Shown: in pieces, positions 19,274-29,700 of the stretch
Numbering within the stretch: position 1 is the first letter of the stretch
Layout: each line of letters opens with the position of its first letter
Source of the DNA: Fibrobacteria bacterium
Lineage (GTDB): Bacteria > Fibrobacterota > Fibrobacteria > UBA11236
DNA length: 41,887 nucleotides
Reading direction: 5' to 3'
NCBI GenBank assembly: GCA_041746255.1
Contig: JBGTHM010000008.1
Span: 1-41,887, forward strand
The notes under the pieces: model-generated
The model's input: the letters and a program-made list of their open reading frames with translations, nothing else
Told to the model about the DNA's origin: nothing
Database searches by the model: none
Program-made: the position numbers and the translations under genes

Positions 19274-21282
19274 ATGCTTTTGAAAAAAGAATTCCATCTG
19301 GGATTATGAGAAGGGTTGTTCGCTGGGGCTTTTTCCTGGCCCTGCTTTCGCCGGCTCTCATCCGCGGCGCGGACATCTCCAGCAAAATCGAAGGCAACAG
19401 CTTTTTCGGCGACCGTAGACTACAAAACCAATTCCCGCTTACTCCGGAAGAGGGTAATGATGAGTCCGTTCTCTTCTGGAAGCAGGACGCCATCGACGCC
19501 ATGCTCGATCTCTACGAAGAAAACGGTTTTTTTGACATACTTATCGAAGGGGACATCACCCACATCGACCCCGAAACGGAAAGGGCGGGCGAGAGGAAAT
19601 GGGAGGTGGTTTTCCGGATCGAAGAAGGGGTTCGCTATACTTACGGCGAAGTTAGCATCATCGCGGTAAGCGAATCTTCCGATCCCCTGGATGAACAAGG
19701 CGAGGCGGTTTCCTCCCTGGATACCCTGGAAGCGCCCGTAACCATCGATCCCCGCAGTTTGAGCGCGCAAGCGGGAAGACCTCTTCAACGCGATAATGTC
19801 CATAAGGATGTCCGGCATATCCTGCGACGTTACGGAGACGCCGGCTTCGTGCGGGCGGAAGTAGAGGAACGGCTCTCCCTGCGCGCCGATTCTCCCCAAG
19901 TCGATGTCGCATACATTATTGCTCCCTCTTACCCCGTGGTATTCGATACCCTGATCATACTCAACCTCCCTGCCGTGGCAGGGGCTCCCAGGGCTGGAAT
20001 TACGCCGGAAAAGGTCATGCGCGATTTGGTTCCCTATAACCGGGGCGATACCGTACGTATATCCCAAAGCAACCGCCTCATCGAAAAGCTGCAAAGCACC
20101 GCCGTTTTCACTTATGTTCGCATGAAAGACAGCTTGCTTTCCGATGCGGGAGATCGCAGTGCGCTGATCCTGGACGTACGCGAAAACGTACCGGGACGCG
20201 TACACTCCTCCCTTTTCTATGAAACACAATTTGGGGCGGGTGTATCGGCCGATGTGGAGCATGGGAATTTTCTCGGAACCTTGAAAAAAGTGGGCGTCGG
20301 GGCGGTGTTTGCCAGGCAGAAACAAGGATTTCGGGCGCGCTATGGGTCTCCACTTACCTTCGGACAATTATTGCGTTTCGATAATACCTCCGACATCAAT
20401 TGGTACCAAGACGATGAATATGCCCAAGCGGGCTTTTATGACGGAAAATTCCGCGCCACGAACTCCTCTTCGCTTTCGCGCCCCGTCACTTCCTGGTCGC
20501 ACTTCCGAAGCGGCGCGGAAGTGGAGTGGGACAGTCGTCCCGGTATTCTGGAAAGACAGCGTGAGATTCTCCTCAATTTCGTTAACACCTACGCCATGGA
20601 TTTTCTGGACCAGCCGCTGAATCCGAATCGGGGTACGCGGCTGGCGCTGACCTGGGGAAACGGCGGCCCGCTTTATCCCGATCGTCAAATCGCGTTTTGG
20701 AACTACCGGCACAACTGGTTGCAAGCCCAATCCGCGGCCTATCTCCCCTTGTTGTTCCGCACCTCTTTGGCCGCACGCCTCGACGGTGGCTTTTTCTTTC
20801 AGGACGGTGGTTTAAATGCGGAGCGCTTTTGGCTGGGCGGAGCGCGCAGTGTGCGTAGTTTCGGGTATAACCAACTTTGCCCGGAAACCGAATTTGACCC
20901 AGAGGAACCTGCCAAAGGATCCATTTGCAGAACCGATGGCATGCGACCCGCCTATTACCTCGCTTCGTTGGAATTCCATTTCGGCATCCCTTCCATGGGA
21001 ATGAACAGGCGGGGTAATCTCTGGAATATTTTAGCGCCCATGCGTTTGGTTCCCTTCGCGGATTACGGCAGGGTTTGGGACTGGACGGAGCCCCATGGAA
21101 AGGTCTTATGGTTGGATGGAGAAGAGGGTCCCCAGTGGAATGGCGCGGGAATCGCCTATGGACTGGGCTTCCGTTACCCGCTTTTCGGAATTTTCAATCT
21201 CCGCCTGGATTTCGCCTGGGGGCAAAATGGACGGGGCGATGACGTGTTTCAATGGGTATTGGATTTGGCGCAGGCTTTCTAA
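19270..21282 (+). CDS. BamA/TamA family (Omp85) outer membrane protein
   Basis: Signal peptide; POTRA-like motifs (IEGNSFF, LYEENGFF, IEEGVRY, YGDAGF); barrel motifs ERFWLGGARSVRSFG, FADYGRVW, LRLDFAWG; C-terminal F. Confidence 0.88.
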   Translation: MNAFEKRIPSGIMRRVVRWGFFLALLSPALIRGADISSKIEGNSFFGDRRLQNQFPLTPEEGNDESVLFWKQDAIDAMLDLYEENGFFDILIEGDITHIDPETERAGERKWEVVFRIEEGVRYTYGEVSIIAVSESSDPLDEQGEAVSSLDTLEAPVTIDPRSLSAQAGRPLQRDNVHKDVRHILRRYGDAGFVRAEVEERLSLRADSPQVDVAYIIAPSYPVVFDTLIILNLPAVAGAPRAGITPEKVMRDLVPYNRGDTVRISQSNRLIEKLQSTAVFTYVRMKDSLLSDAGDRSALILDVRENVPGRVHSSLFYETQFGAGVSADVEHGNFLGTLKKVGVGAVFARQKQGFRARYGSPLTFGQLLRFDNTSDINWYQDDEYAQAGFYDGKFRATNSSSLSRPVTSWSHFRSGAEVEWDSRPGILERQREILLNFVNTYAMDFLDQPLNPNRGTRLALTWGNGGPLYPDRQIAFWNYRHNWLQAQSAAYLPLLFRTSLAARLDGGFFFQDGGLNAERFWLGGARSVRSFGYNQLCPETEFDPEEPAKGSICRTDGMRPAYYLASLEFHFGIPSMGMNRRGNLWNILAPMRLVPFADYGRVWDWTEPHGKVLWLDGEEGPQWNGAGIAYGLGFRYPLFGIFNLRLDFAWGQNGRGDDVFQWVLDLAQAF

Positions 21283-22479
21283 TTAGCCTTGAACAGGGCT
21301 CTTGTCCGATTCCAGCTCCATTTTCAGGGTGAGAAAGCGCATCAAGTCGCTATTGGTAACGATACCGGCCACCTCATTTTCCCGCACAACCATCAGTCGT
21401 GATTTTCCGCCTTGGCTCATGGTGGTGAATGCATCCATGGCGTCCATGTCTTCCGGTACGCAGTTGCCGGCATCGCAGGGCTCGTAAATGTCGCCCACGG
21501 TTTTTTCTTCCCATTCGAAGCGGCTCAATTTCTTGATTTGCTCGGTCCCCACACTGCCTAACAGGCGTCCGTTGTCGCGCACGGGAAACATTTTGAAATG
21601 GTAATGGTAGAGGTAGTTTTCCACCAAATCGCGCACCGATGTCCGGGTGTTGACCGTCACGACGTCGGTATGCATGAACTTTCCCACTGGTTCCCCCTTG
21701 AGCACGCTCTTATACACCAATTGCTGATACGACAGCTTCGCGCCGGAGCGTATAAATAGCCCTATGAGTACGAACCAGATGCCGCCGATAATATCGCCGA
21801 CGATAATCCGTAATCCCCCCAAGAGCAGCAGTAATATTCCGAATCCGGCGCCTATTTCAGCCGCGACCCGGGAGGCTTTGCGCAGGCTGCCGTTAAAATG
21901 CCAAATGATCGATCGTAAAACCCGGCCACCATCCAAAGGGAAGGCCGGAACCATGTTGAAAATAGCGAGAATGAGGTTGATTAAGGCCAGATAACCCAGG
22001 ATAGCGTAAACAGGAGTCGCCCACCCGGCCGACTGCCCCAACAAATATCCACCATAAAAAAGGGCGGACAAGGCTACGCTGGCAATGGGTCCCGCGATAG
22101 CCATAAGAAATTCGGTCTTGGCGTTGGCCGGCTCCTCCGGCATTTCGGCCATCCCCCCGAACAAGAACAAAGTAATGCCCTTCATGTGTAATCCGTACCG
22201 GCGAGCTACTATCGAATGGGAAAACTCATGCAGAAGAATGGATACGAACAGTCCCAGCGACCCGATAATGCCCATGGTCCAATAAGTAGAGGAAGAAAAT
22301 CCTTCGAAATAATAGGGGAAAAATCCCGCCGCCAATGTCCAGGTTACCAGCAAAAATAAAATGAACCAGCTGGGGTCGACGCCTACGCGAAATCCGAAAA
22401 AGGTGAAAAGAGGGATGCGGCGCCCGAAAACGCCCCGTTCGCCCTGGCCCGATAGCCTTCCGCTTCGAGATGCCGTCAT
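21283..22479 (-). CDS. Site-2 protease (M50, SpoIVFB-like) with CBS pair
   Basis: HEFSH, AIAGP and FNMVPAFPLDGGR motifs, C-terminal CBS domains; AAGGAGG RBS before ATG 22479. Confidence 0.93.
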   Translation of the reverse strand: MTASRSGRLSGQGERGVFGRRIPLFTFFGFRVGVDPSWFILFLLVTWTLAAGFFPYYFEGFSSSTYWTMGIIGSLGLFVSILLHEFSHSIVARRYGLHMKGITLFLFGGMAEMPEEPANAKTEFLMAIAGPIASVALSALFYGGYLLGQSAGWATPVYAILGYLALINLILAIFNMVPAFPLDGGRVLRSIIWHFNGSLRKASRVAAEIGAGFGILLLLLGGLRIIVGDIIGGIWFVLIGLFIRSGAKLSYQQLVYKSVLKGEPVGKFMHTDVVTVNTRTSVRDLVENYLYHYHFKMFPVRDNGRLLGSVGTEQIKKLSRFEWEEKTVGDIYEPCDAGNCVPEDMDAMDAFTTMSQGGKSRLMVVRENEVAGIVTNSDLMRFLTLKMELESDKSPVQG

Positions 22480-22599
22480 CTTATCCCTCCTTGCGTATTC
22501 CACTATAAATACGGCAATCCCTCTCCATCAGGCAAGACTTTCCAAGCTGCCGTGACGGTAAAGGGGAGAGGGTCAAGTAAAGAAGGGAACTCGTCGAAT

Positions 22600-22977
22600 T
22601 CAGCGCTCAATGTCGAGAATATTGCGCACCGAATCCGCCAAAATGGCGGGATTGAATGGCTTAGGCAGATAGTGCGCTTCGAGCACCAGCATATCGTTCT
22701 TTACTTGATCGTCTTCGGAATAGCCCGACATGAAAAGCACGCGGGTTTCGGGTCTATGCAGGAGAATCTGCTCGGCCAATTGGGTGCCCGGCATGGGAGA
22801 CATATCCACATCGGTGAGCAATAAATGAATGGGAGCCTTGAACTGGGAGCTGATAAAAAGAGCATCCACCCCGTTGGCGGCTTCCAAAACCTTGTAACCG
22901 GAATGCTCCAGAAAAATCTTGGCGGCATGGCGCAAAGAAGTATCGTCTTCAACCAGTAAAATAGTTTCTCGTTGCAT
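22600..22977 (-). CDS. Stand-alone response regulator receiver protein
   Basis: TILLVEDD, LLLTDVDM (phospho-Asp), MSGY, KPF; no output domain. Confidence 0.9.
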   Translation of the reverse strand: MQRETILLVEDDTSLRHAAKIFLEHSGYKVLEAANGVDALFISSQFKAPIHLLLTDVDMSPMPGTQLAEQILLHRPETRVLFMSGYSEDDQVKNDMLVLEAHYLPKPFNPAILADSVRNILDIER

Positions 22978-23066
22978 ATGGAAAACAGCTCCAACTTTCG
23001 GACGAAGAAGGCCGCAGCCTCCTACCCTATCCATGCTTCAAGACTACGTCATGCAGGGTAGCCGCG

Positions 23067-23477
23067 TCAATCCACTTCGGAGGGGAACTCGCCCTCGGCA
23101 TCGGTGGTAGAAGTTGGAGCGGATTCTTCCGCAACCCCGGTTTCTTCCACAAAGATATTGTTGATGAAGGGTCTGCAGGCCCTATCCCCGGGATGGAACG
23201 ACCATGTCGAGTCCGCGGCTCCCGCATCCAGCTCTATTTCCAAATTGCGTTGCCAATTCAAATCGTTCACTCGGAAAGAAATCTTTCCCGGGGATGGGCG
23301 CTCGTTCACCACCTTCAAAACCAATCGGGCATCGGACTCTTCGCATAACCCTTGGCCTTTGAAGAAAAAAGCGATTCCATATTTCTCGCCGGCATATTGC
23401 CATTGGGTCACGGTGTAGGCCCGTGCCAGTTCAGCTGTACCGAGTACGAAAATCAGGGCTGAGATGAAATTCGTCAT
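23067..23477 (-). CDS. Hypothetical secreted protein
   Basis: AAGGA RBS, signal peptide ending ARA, two Cys, acidic C-terminal tail. Confidence 0.65.
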   Translation of the reverse strand: MTNFISALIFVLGTAELARAYTVTQWQYAGEKYGIAFFFKGQGLCEESDARLVLKVVNERPSPGKISFRVNDLNWQRNLEIELDAGAADSTWSFHPGDRACRPFINNIFVEETGVAEESAPTSTTDAEGEFPSEVD

Positions 23478-23749
23478 AAGTGTATCCTTTGCCAGTGGGC
23501 TTTGTGACGAAAATGCCTATCCAGGAGTTACCTCTTTTGGGAATTGTCCGATAGGCATCCTTACGCTATCTAATATGCTTTCTTTGTGAGCAAGGGAGTG
23601 GGTGTTTTTTGCGGAATTTGAGTTTGGGGCCCGGAACCGCGTACTTTTTGGTTTATTTTCTTGCATAGGCTGGTATAAATATCGATTTTGAATTCAGGGC
23701 GTGTGGTTGGCTCGCCCTGTTTGAGATATTTTCTTAACCCGAGTGGAGC

Positions 23750-24724
23750 ATGATTGTGACAAAAAGGATATTTGCCCCCATGACCATCGACCCCATAAAA
23801 CTAACTAGGGAGTCGACTGCGCTTGCCGTGAAAAGGTTATCTCCGAAAAAGGAAAACGGTAAAAGTTTGACGGATAAAACCCTCCGCTTCATTGGGGATG
23901 AAAACGGGCTTTCCGTCTATTTGCGCGAAATAGGTAAAACCAAAAACCTGACTTTGAAGGAAGAGGCTGAGCTGGCGGTGAAAATTCGCGGCGGCGACCG
24001 GCGGGCTTTGAATCGCCTTATCAGCGCCAATCTGAAGTTCGTGGTTTCGGTTTGCCGGAACTACCAGAATCAAGGATTGCCCTTATCGGATCTGATCAAC
24101 GAAGGCAATCTGGGGCTTATCCGCGCGGCGAAGCGCTTCGACGAGACCAAACAGTTCAAGTTCATATCCTATGCGGTGTGGTGGATCCGCCAAGCTATCC
24201 TTCAATCCCTGGCCGAACAGAGCCGCATCATAAATATTCCCCTCAACCGGGTGGGAACCATCCATCGGGTGGGGAAAACCGCCGTGAAAATGGAACAGGA
24301 GTTATGCCGGGCCCCATCTTCCGGGGAAATCTCCGAGCGGCTCTCCCTGAAGGAAAAAGACCTCAATGAATGCCTGCAACTCAGCTCCAGCACCCTCTCA
24401 TTGGAAGCCCCACTGCAATCGGAGGAAGAGGGCCAACTGAGCGACGTGCTTCGGGACGAAAACACCGAAAGCCCGGATGAAGGCGTGAACCGCATGGGAT
24501 TGCGTAAAGAGGTCGAACTGGTACTAGCCACATTGGATCCGCGTGAAGCCGAAGTGGTCAAGCTGTATTTCGGGGTAGGGGTCAATACCTGTTACACTTT
24601 GGAGGAAATCGGCCATCGTTTCAACCTCACGCGCGAGAGAGTCCGCCAAATCAAGGAAAAGGCCCTAAAAAGGCTGCGGCATATCTCGCGGATGCGGAAA
24701 TTGGAGGTCTATTCCGCGGCATAA
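23750..24724 (+). CDS. RNA polymerase sigma-70 factor, RpoD/RpoS-like, lacking region 1.1
   Basis: Region 1.2 LSVYLREIG; region 2 ANLKFVVSV, DLINEGNLGLIRAAKRFD, KFISYAVWWIRQAI; region 4 TLEEIGHRFNLTRERVRQIKEKAL. Confidence 0.93.
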   Translation: MIVTKRIFAPMTIDPIKLTRESTALAVKRLSPKKENGKSLTDKTLRFIGDENGLSVYLREIGKTKNLTLKEEAELAVKIRGGDRRALNRLISANLKFVVSVCRNYQNQGLPLSDLINEGNLGLIRAAKRFDETKQFKFISYAVWWIRQAILQSLAEQSRIINIPLNRVGTIHRVGKTAVKMEQELCRAPSSGEISERLSLKEKDLNECLQLSSSTLSLEAPLQSEEEGQLSDVLRDENTESPDEGVNRMGLRKEVELVLATLDPREAEVVKLYFGVGVNTCYTLEEIGHRFNLTRERVRQIKEKALKRLRHISRMRKLEVYSAA

Positions 24725-24763
24725 TCCTTGCCCTGAGGGGCGTGGGATGCTACGTTACGATGT

Positions 24764-25159
24764 ATGGCACACCCAACCCAAACCATTCTTGTAGTGGACG
24801 ATATCGATTCCAATCGCGCTTTGGTACGCGAAATTCTTCGGATTAACGATTACCTGGTACTTGAAGCCCGGAACTTCGATGAAGCCAAGCGCGTGGCCGA
24901 GCAGCATTCGGGGGCAATCGATTTGCTGATAACCGATTTAGTCATGCCGGAAGGAAACGGCATGGAGGTGGCGAAGCATTTACGGCCGCAACGTCCGGAG
25001 ATGAAGGTGCTGTATATCTCGGGATACAACGCCGACGTGAATGTTCAGTTGGAAGTGTGGGACGAAACCGCAGACTTCCTGGCCAAGCCCTTCAGCCCGA
25101 ACAGCCTGCTGCAAAAAGTGGGGCGGCTGCTGGAAGCTTCCACCGATTCGGCGGGCTAG
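24764..25159 (+). CDS. Stand-alone response regulator receiver protein
   Basis: TILVVDD, LLITDLVMP, ISGY, KPF; no output domain. Confidence 0.9.
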   Translation: MAHPTQTILVVDDIDSNRALVREILRINDYLVLEARNFDEAKRVAEQHSGAIDLLITDLVMPEGNGMEVAKHLRPQRPEMKVLYISGYNADVNVQLEVWDETADFLAKPFSPNSLLQKVGRLLEASTDSAG

Positions 25160-25959
25160 TCTACGCCACCGACCGTTCCGCCCAGAATCCGTAACAGCTC
25201 CTGGTGCAGAAGGCCATTGCTATAAAGCACGTCCTTGCTGCGCACGTTCCAAGGTTCCCCTGACAAAGTCGTGATTTTCCCTCCGGCCTCCTCCACGATG
25301 AGGCTGGCGGCGGCTACGTCCCAGGGTTTGAATGATTCCATGAAATAGCCTTCCATGCGTCCCGCGGCGACATAAGCGCCTTCGGCCACGGCAGAGCCCA
25401 GGCATTTGATACGCTGCACGGCCTCCAGGGCTCGGGCACGGAAAAGCAGATTCCGCGTGTTCCCGCTTTTGGGATCGATACTCACGTTGAAATCCCCATG
25501 GGCAATGATGGCCTGAGTCACATCCGCCACGGCGCTCACCCGGATTGGCTTTCCGTTCAGAAAAGCGCCTTCGCCTCGAATTGCGGTATAGGTTTCGTCC
25601 AACATAGGCATGTAAACCGCGCCGACAACCATTTCCCCGTCCTTTTCCAGACCTACGGAAATGGCCCAAGTGGGCAAGGCGCGCGAATAGTTCACTGTTC
25701 CGTCAATCGGGTCGACATACCAGGTGAAGGGACTGCCGTGGGAGATTTCCTTATCCTCCTCGGTAATGATGTTATGCTCGGGAAAAGAGGACGTGAGGAT
25801 GTCGCGAATCAAGGTGTCGCAGGCGATATCGGCTTCGGTGACGATATCCTTCTCCCCCTTGAAGCGTATGTCCAAGAGCCGGGTTTGCATCTGTTTCGCT
25901 TTGGCGCCGGCCTCCAAGCAGGCACGGATGGCAACGTCTAAGTAGGATTGTAGGGTCAT
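25156..25959 (-). CDS. Inositol monophosphatase family protein (SuhB-like)
   Basis: DIVTEAD, ITEE, WYVDPIDGTVNY and KPWDVAAA motifs. Confidence 0.9.
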   Translation of the reverse strand: MTLQSYLDVAIRACLEAGAKAKQMQTRLLDIRFKGEKDIVTEADIACDTLIRDILTSSFPEHNIITEEDKEISHGSPFTWYVDPIDGTVNYSRALPTWAISVGLEKDGEMVVGAVYMPMLDETYTAIRGEGAFLNGKPIRVSAVADVTQAIIAHGDFNVSIDPKSGNTRNLLFRARALEAVQRIKCLGSAVAEGAYVAAGRMEGYFMESFKPWDVAAASLIVEEAGGKITTLSGEPWNVRSKDVLYSNGLLHQELLRILGGTVGGVD

Positions 25960-26024
25960 AGGGTGGAATTATAGCTTTTTACCCCGCCGCATTCGCAAAT
26001 CCGGATCAATTGTGACGCTATTAT

Positions 26025-26125
26025 TGACAAATTGGAGCGATGTCCGAATTTGTCACCTAAAGACAGGTATAAATCGTCTAAATAGGCCAGGTTCCGGGTG
26101 TTTTCCGCTGGGCACGACTCTTGAT
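26025..26125 (+). promoter_or_regulatory. Candidate sigma-54 promoter with upstream dyad
   Basis: Inverted repeat TGACAAATT-N13-AATTTGTCA (26025-26055) and GGCACG-ACTC-TTGAT (26111-26125) with -24/-12 spacing; the -12 element reads TTGA rather than TTGC. Confidence 0.4.
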
Positions 26126-26204
26126 AACTGTTTCATAACGAATTCTTAATTCGACTGAAATGCCGTACTCGTAGATCCTGTAGGACCGATTAAGGAGGTC
26201 GCGA

Positions 26205-26603
26205 ATGAGAAAGCAACGGACGATTTTGGTAGTGGAAGACGAAGAGTCGATAAGGAAGCTGGTTGTGCATATACTCGAATCGGAAGGATATCGGGTGCTC
26301 CCCGCACGAGACAGCGGAGATGCCTTCATGACGAGTGAGAATCATGCAGGCCCTATTCACCTGCTTTTAACGGACATCCTCATGGATCCGCATATGGATG
26401 GAATCCAATTGGCCCAACATCTGTGCATATTACGGCCGGAAATGCGGGTGTTGTACATGTCGGGCTATCCCAAAAACCTGACGGTACGCGCGAACCTGGA
26501 GATGAGTTCCGAGGTGTTCATGGCTAAACCCTTCACTCCCGAAACGGTGCGCGCAAAGGTTCTGGCCATTTTGGAAGACGCTATCGTTCGAGCCGCGGCA
26601 TAA
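26205..26603 (+). CDS. Stand-alone response regulator receiver protein
   Basis: AAGGAGG RBS; TILVVEDE, LLLTDILM, MSGY, KPF. Confidence 0.9.
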   Translation: MRKQRTILVVEDEESIRKLVVHILESEGYRVLPARDSGDAFMTSENHAGPIHLLLTDILMDPHMDGIQLAQHLCILRPEMRVLYMSGYPKNLTVRANLEMSSEVFMAKPFTPETVRAKVLAILEDAIVRAAA

Positions 26604-26719
26604 AATAACCGCGCGGACTTTCCGCAGTGGACAGGCGGCGAAGCCCGAAAGGGCTTGCTGCGCCGAGGCTCAGAATTTTTTTTTCCTCCGTATTCCGTCT
26701 TGGAAACCGGAGGAAAGCC

Positions 26720-29700
26720 ATGCGCATAATTCCATTCTATTTCCTCCGTTGGATTTTCCTGGGCGTTTTGGCTTCACTTCCATCCCTGTTATCGTTCGGA
26801 AAGAACAAAATACAGACACACCATAAAAATTGGCAGTATATCCAGACGGAAAATTTCAATATCTACTTCGACCAAGAAGGAGGGATACCTGCCGAGTTCG
26901 CGGCGGAACGTATCCAGGGATACTACGATTCCTTATCCAAGGCCTTGAACCACCGATTGACCGGACGCGTTCCGGTGGTCCTCTATTCGACCGCCAGCGA
27001 CTTCCGCAACACCAACATCATTCCGTTAATCCTTCCCGAGGGAGTTGCGGGATTCACGGAGATTTTCCGCAACCGCGTGGTGCTGCCTTTCGACGGCGGC
27101 TATCCGGATTTTGAACATACATTGACGCATGAGCTTGTGCATGCTTTCCAATTCGATATGTTCGGAGTTTCCGAAAGAGGGTTGGCCGTTCTGATGGGAG
27201 GCACGCCCCTCTGGTTTGCCGAGGGTTCGGCCGAAGTCTTGGCCTTGGGATGGGATTTGGATTCCGATCGCTATATGCTCGATGCAACCGCTTACGGGTA
27301 TGTGAACAATCCCGCGCATGCCATGGGATTACCCGGATTCATGGCTTACAAGGGGGGGCAATCCTTCTTCTATTTCCTGCAGGAATCCTTTGGCCGGGAG
27401 GTCATCCCCAAACTGTATAGGGGTGTGATGATGACCGGAAATTTGGGGAGATCCGTTCAAGGGGTAACCGGGGTGGAACTAAAGGAACTAGGGGATATCT
27501 GGCTGCGGCAATTGCGCACTCTCTACTGGCCCGAATTGGAGAAAAGGCAGGACGGAAAATGGGTTGGCCGCCAGCTCACCAACCACCAGGAGGATGCGTC
27601 CAGCTTTAACCTGCAGCCTGCCCTATCGCCGGATGGAACCCAGATCGCATTTTTCAGCGATCGTGACGTGCACACCTCCGTACACTTGATGGACGTTAAG
27701 ACCGGAGAGGTTAGACGCACTCTGCTTACCGCGGGCAGGGAGAGGGGCCACCTTACCTTCAATCCCAGGCAATCGCATATTTCCTGGTCGCCCGACGGCC
27801 AACAGCTTGCGATGGTGAGCGAGGCCGTGGGAGCGGATGTCATCAACATCCTCAGGGCGCGCGACGGAAGGGTTTTGGAAACCATCCGGATCCCGGAAAT
27901 CCGATCCATCTCTTCGCCGAGCTGGTCCCCCGACGGAAGTCGTCTGGTATTCAGCGGTACCCGGGAGGGTAGGGGGGATATCTATACCTGGCATAGGGGG
28001 GAAAGCCGCCTAACGCGGCTCACGGAAGACTCCGCGCTGGATGACAATCCGGTTTATTCACCTTCGGGCGAATGGATCTATTTCGAATCGAACCGTCAAG
28101 CATCGGGGCGTCCCCAGGGAGAAACCAACCGTTTCGGGGGCATGAGAACAATTTCATCTTTCCGTGATATTTATCGTATTCCCGCAGGCGGTGGAGCGGC
28201 GCAGCTGATGGTGGGGGGGAGTTATGACGAGAGAATGCCCCGATTCGGTCCTACCGATTCTTTGTTGACTTTCGTATCCAACCGCTCGGGAGTCAGCAAT
28301 CTCTACATCGTCGACCTTTCCCTACCCGGAGCGGAGCCACGTCCTCTCACGAATCTCCTGTCAGAAAGTATTTCTCCCTCGTGGACGCCGGACGGAAAAC
28401 TCCTGGCGTTTTCCCTTTTTCAAAACCGGGGATACGACATTTTCTTAATCGAAAACCCACTCGAAAAATTGCTTGATGGGCCCTTGCCCAAAACTGTATT
28501 CATGCAGGTTTTGGAGGATCCGGACAGAAGGCTTTTTGAGCCCCTTCCGCCCTTATCCAATTTGAATACATATAAGCGTGATCGAATCATCGATTCGATT
28601 TCAATAATGGATAGCAATGGGAATGTCCGGGGGGGGCTTGCGCCCGGCCCGGGAAACCGCCTCCAATGGCATACCCTTCAAGTGGAAACCGGAGCGTGGA
28701 TTCCCGCCTCCGAGGCGGCGGTTGCGTCCGCCGAGGAGCAAGCGGGAGGACAGGATAGGATACCCACTGAAGGTGGGACGATGGAAACCAACCCTGAGTT
28801 GACATACAGGCCGCCCGACTATGAAATCAACAAGTATAGCTTGGACTGGGGACTGGAAGCCGCGCGGGCCGATGTCGGATATAGCACCTTCAGCCAAGGG
28901 TTGGCCGGGGGAGCGGTGCTGACGATCGCGGATCTGATGGGAAATCACCGCATCAATTTCAACCTGGCATCCGCCGGATACGATTTCCGGGCGACGGATG
29001 CCATCATGATTTACGAATACCTGCCGCAAAGAACGGATTATCGGCTCTATGGATTTCATCAGGGAAATTTTCTCCTCGGTGCGGGAAACCGCCTGGTTTT
29101 TGATCGATATTACGGCGGAGGCTTGGCTGTGGACTACCCGCTGTCGATTTTCACGCGTTTGGAGGGAGGACTGGAAACGGTCTTTTTATCCCGCGGATTT
29201 TGGGAGGACCTTGTCGAGAACCGACCGACCTACCCGACCCAGGAAGTGAATTTGTTCCGACCCTATGTGGGGTGGGTGAATGACAACACCTTATTCAGTA
29301 TTGTCGGTCCCGCCGTGGGGAGAAGAATGCGGGTGGGAGCGACGTATGTACCGCCGGTATTCCAAGACGACTATTCCTATGTGCAAAGTACCGGCGATTT
29401 CCGGAGTTATTGGTTATTCGGAAGGAGGTTTACCCTGGCGGGGCGATTGTTCGCAGGGGCGTCCGAGGCAATCCAGAATTATGAAAATCCCCATTTCTTT
29501 TTAGCGGGAGGGGAAGATTTGATTCCCATCGTGGCGCCACCGGTATCCAGTGAAAACAATCCGACGGGGTTGGAAGAGTCGGTGTTTTTCCAATTCGCAC
29601 TGCCCATCCGAGGTTTCCGGTATTTCGACTTTCGCGGAAACCGGGCCTTCATTTCCAATTTGGAATTCCGTTTCCCATTCGTGGAGGAATTACGCTTGGG

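Noticed and set aside
23513..23558. SAM-I riboswitch
   Set aside because: The CCTATC...GATAGG stem resembles P1, but the element is too short and lacks the kink-turn and GCAAC motifs.
26631..26690. c-di-GMP-I riboswitch
   Set aside because: A GAAA-capped stem is present, but the GGCAAAC...GACGCAAAGC core and second stem are absent.
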